Below, one piece after another: positions 33,101 to 44,606 of a stretch of 64,000 bases of DNA. Made by a program: the position numbers and the translations under genes. The notes beneath the pieces are model-generated. The model searched no databases, had not been told where the DNA came from, and was given only the letters and a program-made list of their open reading frames with translations. Each line of letters starts with the position of its first letter. Positions within the stretch are counted from its first letter, which is position 1. The stretch is from Leidyana gryllorum EB-2025a (Eukaryota; Protista; Apicomplexa): contig JBLWGC010000213.1 in the NCBI GenBank assembly GCA_048772705.1, forward strand, positions 62,001-126,000, read 5' to 3'.

Positions 33101-36100
33101 ACAAAAGTCTCCTGGAGAAGTGGCTGCTGATCAATTGCGGATCCATCTGATGCAGTGCGCCTCCCCTCTCGCCTGTCTCGACCAAATGAAGTTTTCGTTG
33201 GACGGGACTATATATGACCCCGTTGAGCTGATTGTGCGAGACAATCGATGTGTGTTGGGGTTCGGATACCTCGGGTGCACAACAAGTGCCATTTGCGGCG
33301 GAAGGGGCCCGCTTTTCAACACTTTGGTCAAACAAGCCTCCAGCAGTTGGTCCAATCTGACCCCCGAGCAGAGATCTGTTATGGCGTCAGATACCGCCGC
33401 CATGGAAGCATTGGTCAGCAGTTTGACGAGCGGTGTGGTGCGTGTCGCAAGCGGAGCAACGGGGGGCCAACCCGACTGGGTTCCGCAAGTTCTGAGTTGG
33501 CAGCTGTACCGTGATGCTGTTACGCTGCAGGAAGTTACGCCCACTGTGTACAGAAACCCTTCTCAGTTCAGCGACTTCTGCTGGGCTCGAGATTGGATGG
33601 AGGGAACACTGAGCCAATACCGTATGGCGCCCAACAGTCCCTTCTTCAAGAAAGATTTCTTCGTTGAGCTCCCTGAAAGCACAGGAAACGCCAAGTTTTG
33701 GCCTCATGTAATGCGTTTGATGATATATGAAGACAACAAAATCAGTGACGCACAGGTCGCGCTACGAAATCAGATGACTCCGACTGTATATACAATCCGA
33801 GACAGTACCGGAGGCGCTTCCAGTGGAGGTTTGATCAACATTGGAGGCGGAGGCGGTTCCGGGACTCCTGTTGCATCTGCTTCTGCTGGACAGCATTTGA
33901 TCGCGGTGGGGACCAGTGGACGGCTGCGAGGCGGGAACCCATCTCTGATGCCCCGCGTCCTCGGAGTAGTGACAGCGTCGGCTTCGAGTTCGGTTGGGGA
34001 AATGTTCCGATTCACCGGCTACCAGGAGCCGTCGGCAGATGTCGACCTCGTGGCCGCCAGCTGCACGGAGGGTGTGAGAGCTCTCTTTTCAGCGGGTGTT
34101 CTTCGACAGGCTGCGGGGGGTTTCGACAACTTGCTGCCGGGAGGAGGTGATGACGGAGGGTCTATGGTGGAGGGCAGTTCTGCTCACGGGCCCCGCCCGG
34201 GGCAGCGGAATGCAGCCAATCAGAGAGCTCTGCCACTGTTGTGGATTCGGCCGAGTGAAGACTCTTTCGGTCTCGTCCGCATGCGACGATTTCAGTCGCT
34301 GTCGATGTGGATACAGCAAATGCTGAACGACACTGATCCGGTCAGCCAGTTGGAGGCTGTGGAGGCCGTGGGGGCGTGTGGAGACTACACGCACTCGTTG
34401 GTGGCATTGAGAATCCTGGTGAAGCGTCCTCGAGTGCACCCCTATATACGCGGAATGGCGGCAGCGGCTCTGAGTCGACTGAGTCGGAAGGATTTCAGTA
34501 CGAGCGCCGAAGCGGGTCGGATTCTGATAGAGGAAGTGTTGGAGAACATGAAGTACCCCGCTGGATCTTTGACGGCTGTGGCCAAGGAGGCCGCAAAAGA
34601 GGGGAATAAAGCGAATAAAGAGACAGCGGGAACCTCACAACAGCTTCTGGCACTCTTCGCATCACAATTTGGTCCGGGGAACGGACAGGAATGGATGCCT
34701 CCGTTGTATTCGAGTCATTGTATGCAGTTCCTGCAATATGTGTATCACGCCATATCTCGGATACGCGATCAGAATGAAGAGACTCCCGAGAACATTTACG
34801 CTCTGATGCGAGACTGCCTCGAGAGTCTGCCGTCTCCGGTGGATCTTCGTGTGGATCTGAGCAACTTTCGCCGAAGTGAAGGCAGCGACAATTTGGAGCT
34901 CACTCCTTTGAGTTGCGACCACACACTCTCCATTGGACACTTTATTTGTTCGGTGGTCTACGAGATATGCAACATGTCGATACCGTCAGTCCCCAATGTT
35001 GACGCAATTTTTTCTATTGAGAGCGGACCCGAGTATGTCCAGTCAGATGCCGAGTCGACCAAGTTGTGGAGTTTCAAGTGGATGAATGAGTCCGCCCAGT
35101 CACTCTTCCTATCGATCTGGAGATGGGTCAGAATGGAGCAGAAGTTCGTGAACGGTCTGCAACTGGTGACTCGGGCTTTCTTGAGACTCATCGGTCAGAA
35201 ACCGGGCTATGCTCTGTTAACTCGCTACCACTGTATTCAAGACACTCAGTTACCCTTTGACCCTCTTCGGCTCTTCGTTCCGTTGCGTGTGATCCTACCG
35301 GGCACCCTCGCGACTGCTGGACTTCTGCCTGTGGCGAGGCCAGAAGACAGCGCCTTCATTTATCTGCACAAGTTTGTGTTGGCGGCTACTGGACTTTTGG
35401 AGAACCCGTCTCTCATCACCAGCAGAGTCGATCAAGACGGCCCCGGTATCCCGTCCGAGTTTTGGACGGAATTGGTGAGGGCAGTGGCCTACGCGAGCCA
35501 TTGTCTGAATTACGTTGACACACTCGTCATGGGCGAAGCCCTGCGTGCGACCTTCACGCTTATATTGCAGGGCAGACTATTGCCTCCACCATATCTGCTG
35601 ACTCGGTCGGTGAGAGAGATTGTGGAGACGGCAGCTCCCCCCGTACCCGACTGGATTTTCATGGTGGACCAGCTGTACCCCATTCCCGAAACTGAAACTC
35701 AAAGTCCATTGTCCTCTCAGTGGATCGATGACTTCAGCCGTCAACAGATGCTGATGCGGAGTGGTACGGCGGTCTACGCGGCAGTTCGGCTCCTATCTCA
35801 ACTGGAATCTCTTTTGCCCTTCGGTGATATGGCGGATTTTGTCAGCGGTGCCTGGACGATATTCCATCAGTGTTTGGAGTCGGCAACACGTCTGAGCCCG
35901 TTGGCACTAATGCCGTTCTGCCTCACTGCTCCCCTCTCCCACGCACCCCTGCTGAATCCTGCTATGACTCCAGGAGGGCACGGGTTCGGCTCGGTGATGG
36001 GACAGTGTGGTGGTGCCGATGGCGGGTCTCAACCTCCGGCTGCCGAGGGAGGCAGGAAACAAAGAAGGGAACGGGGGACCGAGAAGTCTATCCAGAAGCG

Positions 36101-37446
36101 CAAAGGGAAGAAAGAGAGCCGCGGTGCCGGCGCAGCCGCACCAAGTGGGCCTCCGAAGATTGTGGTCCCCCGTCTTCCCGATGACACAGAACCCTTGACC
36201 ACCACAGAAGTCGAACCGACTGAGGTTCAAACGAGTCTCAGTGGTGTGAGCAGCTTGATGGCGGGCCCCAGCCACCAAAGTCGTCAGGAACCCGATCGAG
36301 GGCTCTTGGACGCTATGCTCCAAAACGAATGGGCCAGCGATGATGAGGGCGCTGGTGGGAACGCAGTGGACGAGAATTGGGCATTGGAGTTCGGCTTTGG
36401 CCAAGGCTTGATGCTCAACGAAACTGATGCGGCATATCAGTTGCCCCCGCCAACAGCCTCGTCATCGTCTCTGATGGCCGACAGTGATGTCCAACTCGAA
36501 CAGCCCACACCCACTGACTTACATCTTGAGGTCAATGATATGGCAGAGCCTCCTCCCCCCGCCGCTTCCTTCACCATGGACGAGGAACACGCAAGCGCAA
36601 TGCCGGACGCAGCAGAGGCCGCCTACATGATGCAAGACGATCCGCCAATGCCCCCGCCGCCCCCACCTCAACAGCCCAGCCACCCCGGCATCATCGTACC
36701 TGGCGTCACTAACGCAGACGAAAGCAGCTCGTTCCCCATCAGCGGCACTGATGATCAGTCTGCCTCCCGGTCTCACAAGAAACACAAGAAGAAGAAGACT
36801 AAACGCTCCAAAGAAGCCGCAGCGGCACAAAACGCAGCCGCGGCCGGCGGCCCCTTCGCTCATGGCATACCATTGATCGTATCTCCTGTAATCATGACCT
36901 TCGAGCTGGCTTACAGGTATCTACACACCTTGGCTGCGAGCACCGTATCCACTGCCCTCATCCACGTGTGGTCGGTACGGGAAGTCATCCGCTTCCTGTT
37001 CGGGGATGGGGTTCCGAAACCTGTTGCCATATGCTCGACCTTCCTGGATGCCTGGAGAGCCCAGGCGGTGCAGCTCGAGATGGAAGCAGAATTCAAGGCT
37101 CTGGAGGCCTATATTGCGAGTGATCTGCTCTGTCTCTGGCCGGTCACCCACCAGAGATCACGGAGTGCCGCGAAACTGTGAGTTATGAACCTTTCTTCTC
37201 AATATCCTCCCCATCCGCAGCGTACAACGTGCCAACAGAGCTGGATTGCCGGCCAAACAGATACCGGCATACGAACGATCATTCGTCAATGTCTGGAATC
37301 TCTCACAGAAACCACAGTCCTGGCCACTGCCGCTGCAAATTAACTGGAGGTCGCTCGCTCTGAGACTCACCATGTGTCTCGTGGAACACCCATCAGGACA
37401 TTGGTTCATTCTACCAGTCGACGCCACAACCACTCCAAACTACTAG
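30135..37446 (+). CDS. TAF2: TFIID subunit 2 (TAF2; inactive M1 aminopeptidase-like fold), multi-exon
   Basis: APWFPSV, PSQIAFFAAP, EAILALWFG...EDLWL, HIKCSIILPALE, SYIHGTGCP and LLWIRP...FQSLSMWIQQMLNDTDPVSQLEAVEAV resemble TAF2 motifs; an HKKHKKKK basic patch lies near the C-terminus. Introns at ~30607-30655, ~32722-32765 and ~37178-37220. Confidence 0.75.
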
Positions 37447-38120
37447 TAAGTCAATAGAGAAACGACTGGTCCCTGCAACTGCGCGCGCGACTCGTAGCAA
37501 GGTCATTGAGCATCCTATGTGGCTGAACAAGTGCATTGAGCAATTGAAAAATCGTGACTATAGGTAAGTGAGAAGGTGCAATGGTCATTGATAATTGATG
37601 TTTACTCTTCACCAGCAACTTCGACCAATGGAAAAGCGATCTCTTCCGGATATTCCGAAATTGCAGGACTTACAATCTTCCAACAAGCGGTGTAATAGCG
37701 GTAAGGACTAGCTGACGATGGCAACGCATAATTTCTCTCTCTTCAAGGATTGTGATATCCTTCAAAGCCTCGCATATCAGCTTCTGCACTTTGCGGAACG
37801 TCTTCTCATGCCATATGATACCGCACAGCAGTAGACGAGGATGATGAGCACGGGGGGAGAGACCTGAAAGGTCCAACATTGCATGGCTTGCTCCTCTGGG
37901 AAGGCTGCTTCGTTCGTCTCGCCAATACACACAGATAATCAGGCCGAGGAGAGCCGTCCTCAACAGTATGGGAGTCCGCTTGTGTCGGGGAGCCGGGCAG
38001 GGAGCCAATGCGCCTGTGGAGTGGAATACCGACCTGTCGCCATCATTTGAGGAGCGCCGTCAAGTCAGCAGCACTATGTATCAATACCCTTCATCTTGCG
38101 TGATGTCTCTTTTCACTCCT

Positions 38121-41100
38121 TCATGGCCGAGGCAGCACCAAATTGTGGCAGGGCCGCAAGTTGGAGAATGGGCCATCGACTATCAGCTCGTGGGCCTTAA
38201 AGTGGTTCAGCAGATTGTTCCAGATCCGGTTCTGGAAGCGATAGTGTTGCTTAGCCAATACTTTGGCATTCCCACAAATCACCAAACCATACTTAGCCCG
38301 CGTCAGCGCCACATTCAATCGGCGAGGGTCTTGCAAGAAACCGATACCTGAACAAGTGAACAGAGATAATCTTCGACGACGAGTCCAAAATAATCAAACG
38401 TACCCAAGTTTTGATTGGAACGAACGCAAGAAAGGAGTATAAAGTCTTTCTCTCGGCCTTGGAAAGCATCTACACTTGCCACCTCAGTATCAGCATACAA
38501 CGAGTTGGTCAACGTGGTCTGGCGAGTGAAGAGAGAGGAGATGTACGCTCTCTGGCCGTCGTATGGTGTGATAACACCGATCTGGCTCGCCTTGAGTCCA
38601 CTCTTGATCAAGTAGGTGATCAACTTCTCAATGTGAGCTGCCTCTGTGCGGTTAAGATACGAGGTACCACTGGCTGAAATCTCCTCGTGGCCAGTGCAGT
38701 TGTAGAAAAACATCGGCTTATCCTGTTGTGAGTGGAAGTGTCAAAGTCGCTGTCAAGAAAGAAAGATCCACCTACCGGATTGGGCCATGGGAAGTCTAAA
38801 TTTTCATACACACGCTCTTTGAGCGTGACCCCATTCTGAAGAGCGCCATCATAGAAACTCTGTGAGGGGAACTCGGAAAGGCACGGGTGCATACGATACT
38901 GAACCTCTAAGCGCATGGGTCTGTTTCCCAATTGGATAAGGCGCTCGAATAGGGATTGGGACAAACCCGCTTTGGCTGCCTTCTTGCACATGATAACTGG
39001 TCCGAGCTGACAATGATCTCCGACCAAAGTTATCTGTTTAGCTCCTGAGACAATGGGGATGAGGCACTCTGGCTCAGTCGCCTGTGTGGCCTCATCAAGA
39101 AGTACATGCTTGAATCGGAAGTTCTGGAGGCGTTGATCGCCAGCTCCAACGCAAGTGGTGCAGATGACGTCAGCGTTGCTCAACAGTTCGGACTCTGCAA
39201 TGCTGCGTAGACTTTTCAGACGTCGTTCGTCAGCTTGAGATAACTCGCCAATCTCCTCCTGTGGACGGTGATGTCAGAGGTGATCAAGGTGACTGAGTAC
39301 TTACCTTCAGTTTCAGGAGCATATGCAATTCCGCAAAGTGGCGATCACCAGCGGCATCGAATTGTAGCAATTGCTTATGAAGAGACAGAAACTCCACTGG
39401 GCTGCTAATTCCTTCTCGGGACTTAGCGCACAGACGAACAACTTTGAGACCAGTTTGATGAATCTTCTCGGCCAGCTGATCAACAGCGACGTTGGATGGG
39501 GCCACCACCAATACTTTTGAGATGTTGCCACCATGAGAATTCTTGCTGCCGCGACCAGCTTTGGTCCGACCGTCTCTCCGTGTGTCATAGAAGTTGTCTG
39601 TGGATTCATTGTTGTTCTGTGGAGCATGTTGCTTGTTAATTTGGACCAAGTGATAGACGATGGTGGCCGACGTGACTGTCTTTCCCGTGCCGGGCGGTCC
39701 TTGAATCAGGCACAAAGGTGACTGCAGTGCTTTTCGCACAGCCGAAATTTGGCTGCAATACAAATGTGACAAGCTTTGAATGACCAATGGTCGCAACATA
39801 CCTGTGATTCAATTGAGCCAGGTTTGGAGCCGAGAAGGACTTGGGCATGAAGGATTTGAACAAATGCTCATCAACATCATGTCCGAGAAGCTTGTGGTAT
39901 AGGTAAGACGACAAGGAGTTGTCACTCTGGGCCAACTGGACCATTGCCTTCTGCATTCGATCGAAGGAAGTGGCTTTCCAGACAAACTCAACAGTGAAGC
40001 CGGCGCACAAGTGCTCATCCCAGGGTCCAGTTTGTGATGCTGGCAGACGCAATTCCAAGCAAACCTCTTCTGTCTGAGTCAGCCTGACCACCTGACCTGT
40101 TGCCTCCCACACGAACTTGGACCCGTCAGAGTTGAACCGCACGTCATACTGATACTTCAACCTCAACTCATCTCCAACGACAACTCGACTCTCATTGTCT
40201 TCCTTGGCGAAAACAAAGTACGCTAATCGCTTCTTGTTCAACCCGATATCCCATCGAACCAGCACAGACTCTTGTCGTTGAGATTCCTTGACCTTTTTGT
40301 CATACTCAGCTTCAATTTTCACAAGGGGCGCGAAGATGTTTTGATATTGATACGCATCCTCGTAACGGAGTGCCACTGGAGTTAAATCCGCGTCCACTCC
40401 GGGCCGATCAATGTCATCCATAGTGGCGGATGGATTGGTCTTCCATATTTCCTCGATCTTGTTGATTTGTTGAGCTGTGCATTGGCGCGCACCCTTGACG
40501 TAGTCCTCACCCGGTACAGAAACCAGCCAGTTGACCAGGGACCTGTTCTCAATTAGGGGTTGCCAATCCCCCAGATCGAAGTCGCTGTCCCGTAGCGCAT
40601 TGTTATTCAGACAAGGCTCTCGACAAAGTAGAACTACAACGCCTTCACGAGCTGCGGGAATGTAACCGAGCAGGAATATGTTCTTGCTACCACAGTTGTA
40701 GCACTCCAAAGTGGTCTCGCCCAATGCACCCTCCTGGTGAAGTATGACTTCCTTATGCTTCGATCGTACTAGATGATTCACAATGTGACTACCACTAGTC
40801 GCAATCTGCAAGTGAAATATCATTGGACAGCATTCCACGCTATTCGTCACTCCGCTGTAGCAGATGTAGACAGAATCCTCACCTGAGCGTTGCAAAACCA
40901 GCGTTGGCATTTAGGAACATTGCATCGAACCACAAATGAGGGATGCGATATTCCACAGTAAGAGCAAGCGTGTGCCGGGAGATTCGCCCAATCAATGGGT
41001 ACTATTGCACCTCCAGACTCTTCGTCAGGCTGCACAGGAGGAGGTAAATCAGTGGTAGGAGCCTCCTCAAAGCTCGCCTGCAGAGCAGGATGGTGAGTAG

Positions 41101-41219
41101 ACCCTCCGAATGCCCGGTCATTCGCCACCATCTGCGCAAGTAACCTATTGCGCACGCGCGTGGTGCCTGCTTACCTTGTTGGTATCACCAGGTGCCCCAC
41201 CAGTCTGGGAGGTCGCCAT
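38121..41219 (-). CDS. UPF1: UPF1 / regulator of nonsense transcripts 1 (SF1 RNA helicase), multi-exon
   Basis: CH domain ([11 protein letters not shown]...[44 protein letters not shown]), Walker [69 protein letters not shown]. Confidence 0.97.
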
Positions 41220-41488
41220 CTTGGGGTCGAAATTTTTGCCACCACAGCTCCTAATGCAGGTCGACCTGGAGGAGGTCTTCAATGGTGCTGCCAAGGCAGC
41301 AAAGAAAGTGAGTTCGTTAAGAACGTGCGGATGATTGTGCACACACGCAGATTTTCTCCAAGCGAGGGTCTAAGCACTCGGGTGCTGTAGGTGCTTTATA
41401 CGAGTCTTTGGCGGCTTTAGACTTAATTTCGACGCCCAGCCAGCCTCCCAAACCTGGTGCTAGCGCAGCAAAGGTTGAATATCATGGC

Positions 41489-42143
41489 ATGGTTTTGGCC
41501 GAGCGTCAGTTGGACCAGCGGTTGGCTGGGGTAGCACAACGAAAACGATATATTATCGAATTACAGGACGCAGATCCCTCTAATCTGATTGCAGAAGATG
41601 TTATCAAAGAGGTGAGTGGGGGAAAGCCGTAGTCCCTTGACGATGTCTACACCATAGACTGAACAAGTGTCCAAACGTCTACGTCGACTAGCAAAAGCGG
41701 CTAAAAGAGGTTTGAGCGAGGGTGGACTGTTGCAGTTGGAGCCAGAGGCCGAGGAGGTGGAGAAACAGAGCCCCGCGGAGAGTAGCGAGCGGCCGCAGTC
41801 CGATGAGGAGTCGGAGGCAGCAGGGTTGGGGAAAGACGGAAAGGGTATGAATTTCGCTAAGGACGACGAGAGCGAAGAGGATGATGAGATTGAGCGGGAA
41901 TTGAAAGCAGCGCTTGACGAGTTAGCGCCTGAAGATGGCGAAGACGGCGAGGACGATGCTAGCGAGGAGGAAAGTGAGGACGACGAGGATGAGGGTGGGG
42001 AGAAAGACGAGTTGAATGGTACATTCACAGAGGCGGAGTTTGCTGCGCTGTACGGCGATGTGAATCTGAGCGAGTTGGATGATTCAGATAGTGAAGACGA
42101 GAAGGCGTTCTTTGGAATTACGGCGGGGGCCGCTTCACAATGA
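41489..42143 (+). CDS. Small hypothetical protein with a highly acidic C-terminal half, 2 exons
   Basis: MVLAERQLDQRL...VIKE, a GTGAGT intron at ~41612-41658, then TEQVSKRLRRLAKAAKR... and D/E-rich tracts. Confidence 0.6.
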
Positions 42144-42159
42144 GAAAACTGCACACACC

Positions 42160-44538
42160 ATGCTGTGGTGGCGGTTCTTACTGGTTCCAGTGGCCCTTTC
42201 CAGGGCAGCGGCTTCGATGAAATGGTCTTCTTCTCGCATTCTGCTTCAGTTCAACGGGACGTGCTTGGAGGAGTCCGGGAAAGTGCACATACTCAACACG
42301 GATTTGCGCCAATTGAGTGGAGCGGACGAGGACAGGATCCTCGACCACGGTATAGACGAAGATCTGAGGAAAGGAGGACTCCCAGTTGCTATTACGCGCA
42401 AGGTGTTGACTGCATTACACGCTAGAGCGGCTGAGCAGCTGGCCAGGCCAACAAGTTTCCGTCGGCGTCTCGAGGCCCGTTACGGTCTCCAGCCGTTCGA
42501 GCAGAGGCTACGGGCGACGCGGAACCTAATGACTCCGGGTACTATGAACGCCGAGAACTTGTACCTCACAGGGAGCTCTTCACGTCAGCAGGATTCTATT
42601 CTTGGTTTCTCGTATTTGCCTCACATGGACATAATGATGATTGAGAACCCTTTCCTATCTATGGACGAAATAATGACTATGGCTCGTGCCTTGCCGTGTG
42701 TTGTCTTGGGCCCGCGGCCAGACAGGTTGTGGGACGATCCGTCAGTGCCGACCCCCAGTCAACGTCGACAACTTAACGTGGAACCAGCGCTTCCTGAAAA
42801 GAATGAGTGTCCGGTGGACGTGTCACCCCTTCAAGAGATATTGAGCGCCAAAAACCCCTCGCCGAACCGAGAGGCCTCGAGTGGCAGCGCACAGCTGCTC
42901 GATTCGGTCGCGACCATTTCCCAGGAAGGGCCGGGGAACACCCAAATTCATTACACTATTGTTCTTCCTGACGACCCTTTGCTTTCTAAAGAATGGCATC
43001 TCTTTGGCCAATCACAGAACGTGACGTATGGCGCGAATGTTGTAGATTTCTGGGCACTTTTGGCTATGTCCTATGGCAACCATGACCAGAAGGGTGAGAT
43101 CCCATCTCGGCTAATCAATCGACTGTTTGCCGCATCCTACAGAGAAACAGATCCCGTGGAAAGAGGTTACGGGTGTGAAAGTACCGCCTCCAGTTGTGGC
43201 GGTCATTGACGCTGGATGTTCACGGAACGACGATCTCGTAAATAGGCTATGGCGGAATCCACGACTTCCAGCGTGTCAGTAAGTCATCATCCACTCCAAC
43301 GATCTCTTCCCAAAAACGGCGTCCCGTAGGCAGAGCGGTGTGTTTGGACTCAAGGGAGGAGACGATATGGGAGACTGTGTAGGATACGTGAGTTGTGAAG
43401 GAGGGTTTCAATCTATATTATGCCACTTGTCGCCTCTCAGGACTTTGGCAACAACAAGTCTGATCCCACCGTTGGCGGCAATACTCATGGGACAGAGACA
43501 ATGGGACTTGCCGTCGCCCAGTCGAACAACGGCAAAGGTTAGTTTGAATGGAGCACTTTGCCTCTCGCATTTCTCGCCTTTTCAGGCATAACTTCGGTTT
43601 GCCCGATTTGCCAAGGCATGTGTGTCAAGGTATGGGTGGACAGAGCGAACGGAGCTGGAGGCCTGTCAACGTCGGCCATCATTCGAGCACTCAATTACGT
43701 CGTGGAATGGAGAACTCGAATTCCGATTCGAGTCTCGAATCACAGCTACGGAGGTTTCGGGTGAGACACAGACACACCCACACACACACACACACACAGA
43801 AACAGAAACACGGAGACACAGAGACACCTACCCCGTGTGAATTGTGGAAACTGTGCGTTCTTCTCCCAGATATGACCCAATTGAGTACCAATCGTTTCGA
43901 AAGCTGACCCAAAACCTCAACGGTCACGATCACCTGGCGGTGGTTGCTGCTGGTAACAGCGGGTGTGATCTGGACTGTAATGGGGCTTGTCAAGCCAAAT
44001 GTCCATCGTAAGTATCACTTGAGATTGCAAGTTGAAGATGTGGAAATGGTACACTGCAGGTCTCAACCGTTCACCCCGGCTGGGTATGAACTCGAGAATA
44101 TGCTGACGGTTGGATCGAATAACTGGAATGGCAAAGCGTCGACATTCAGCAATTATGGCTCAAAGACTGTACACGTCTTTGCTCCTGGGACGATGATTCG
44201 GTCCATTGATGCGGGTAAGAGGGGTATTGATAGCGATTACTACTCTGTGGTGGTTGATTCAGAGAACACGCCAACGGGGAAGACTGTGAGCGGTACTTCT
44301 TTTGCGTCGCCAATAACAGCGGGAATCGCGGCGTTCACGCTCGCCTTGGTGCCGCAAGCTGAGGCGCCACGCTACAAGAAGATCTTGATCGAGACGTCCA
44401 GGAAGACTCCTGCTCTGGCAGGTAAGGGGCGACGTAAAAGGGCGTTTGTGAAGAGAGGTTGTCATAGGTAAATCGGTCTCTGGCGGGATCATCGATGCTG
44501 CGAGGGCGTTCATTCAGTTGGTCAAGGAGTACTCGTAG
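42160..44538 (+). CDS. Secreted subtilisin-like serine protease (MEROPS S8), intact catalytic triad, multi-exon
   Basis: Signal-like MLWWRFLLVPVALSRAAA; after splicing: Asp motif VVAVIDAG (~43195-43218), His motif NTHGTETMG (~43480), SNHSYGG, oxyanion VVAAGNSG, FSNYG...VHVFAPG, Ser motif SGTSFASP (~44288). Confidence 0.92.
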
Positions 44539-44606
44539 GACCACAAAAGAGAATACCCAGTCGTTCACTTAGACCTCCGACAACCCGAAGAGGAAAACCA
44601 CACACA

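Noticed and set aside
37600-38123. TGA recoding or readthrough extending UPF1 (the frame continues with only TGA stops for ~170 codons)
   Set aside because: TGA ends many genes in this window and swaps with TAA at a homologous stop in the array, and the extension shows no recognisable homology. It is probably chance.
43765-43830. (CA)n/(GA)n tracts here, at ~57476-57550, and CA/TA tracts at ~60127-60180
   Set aside because: These are ordinary intronic microsatellites, with no further structure seen.
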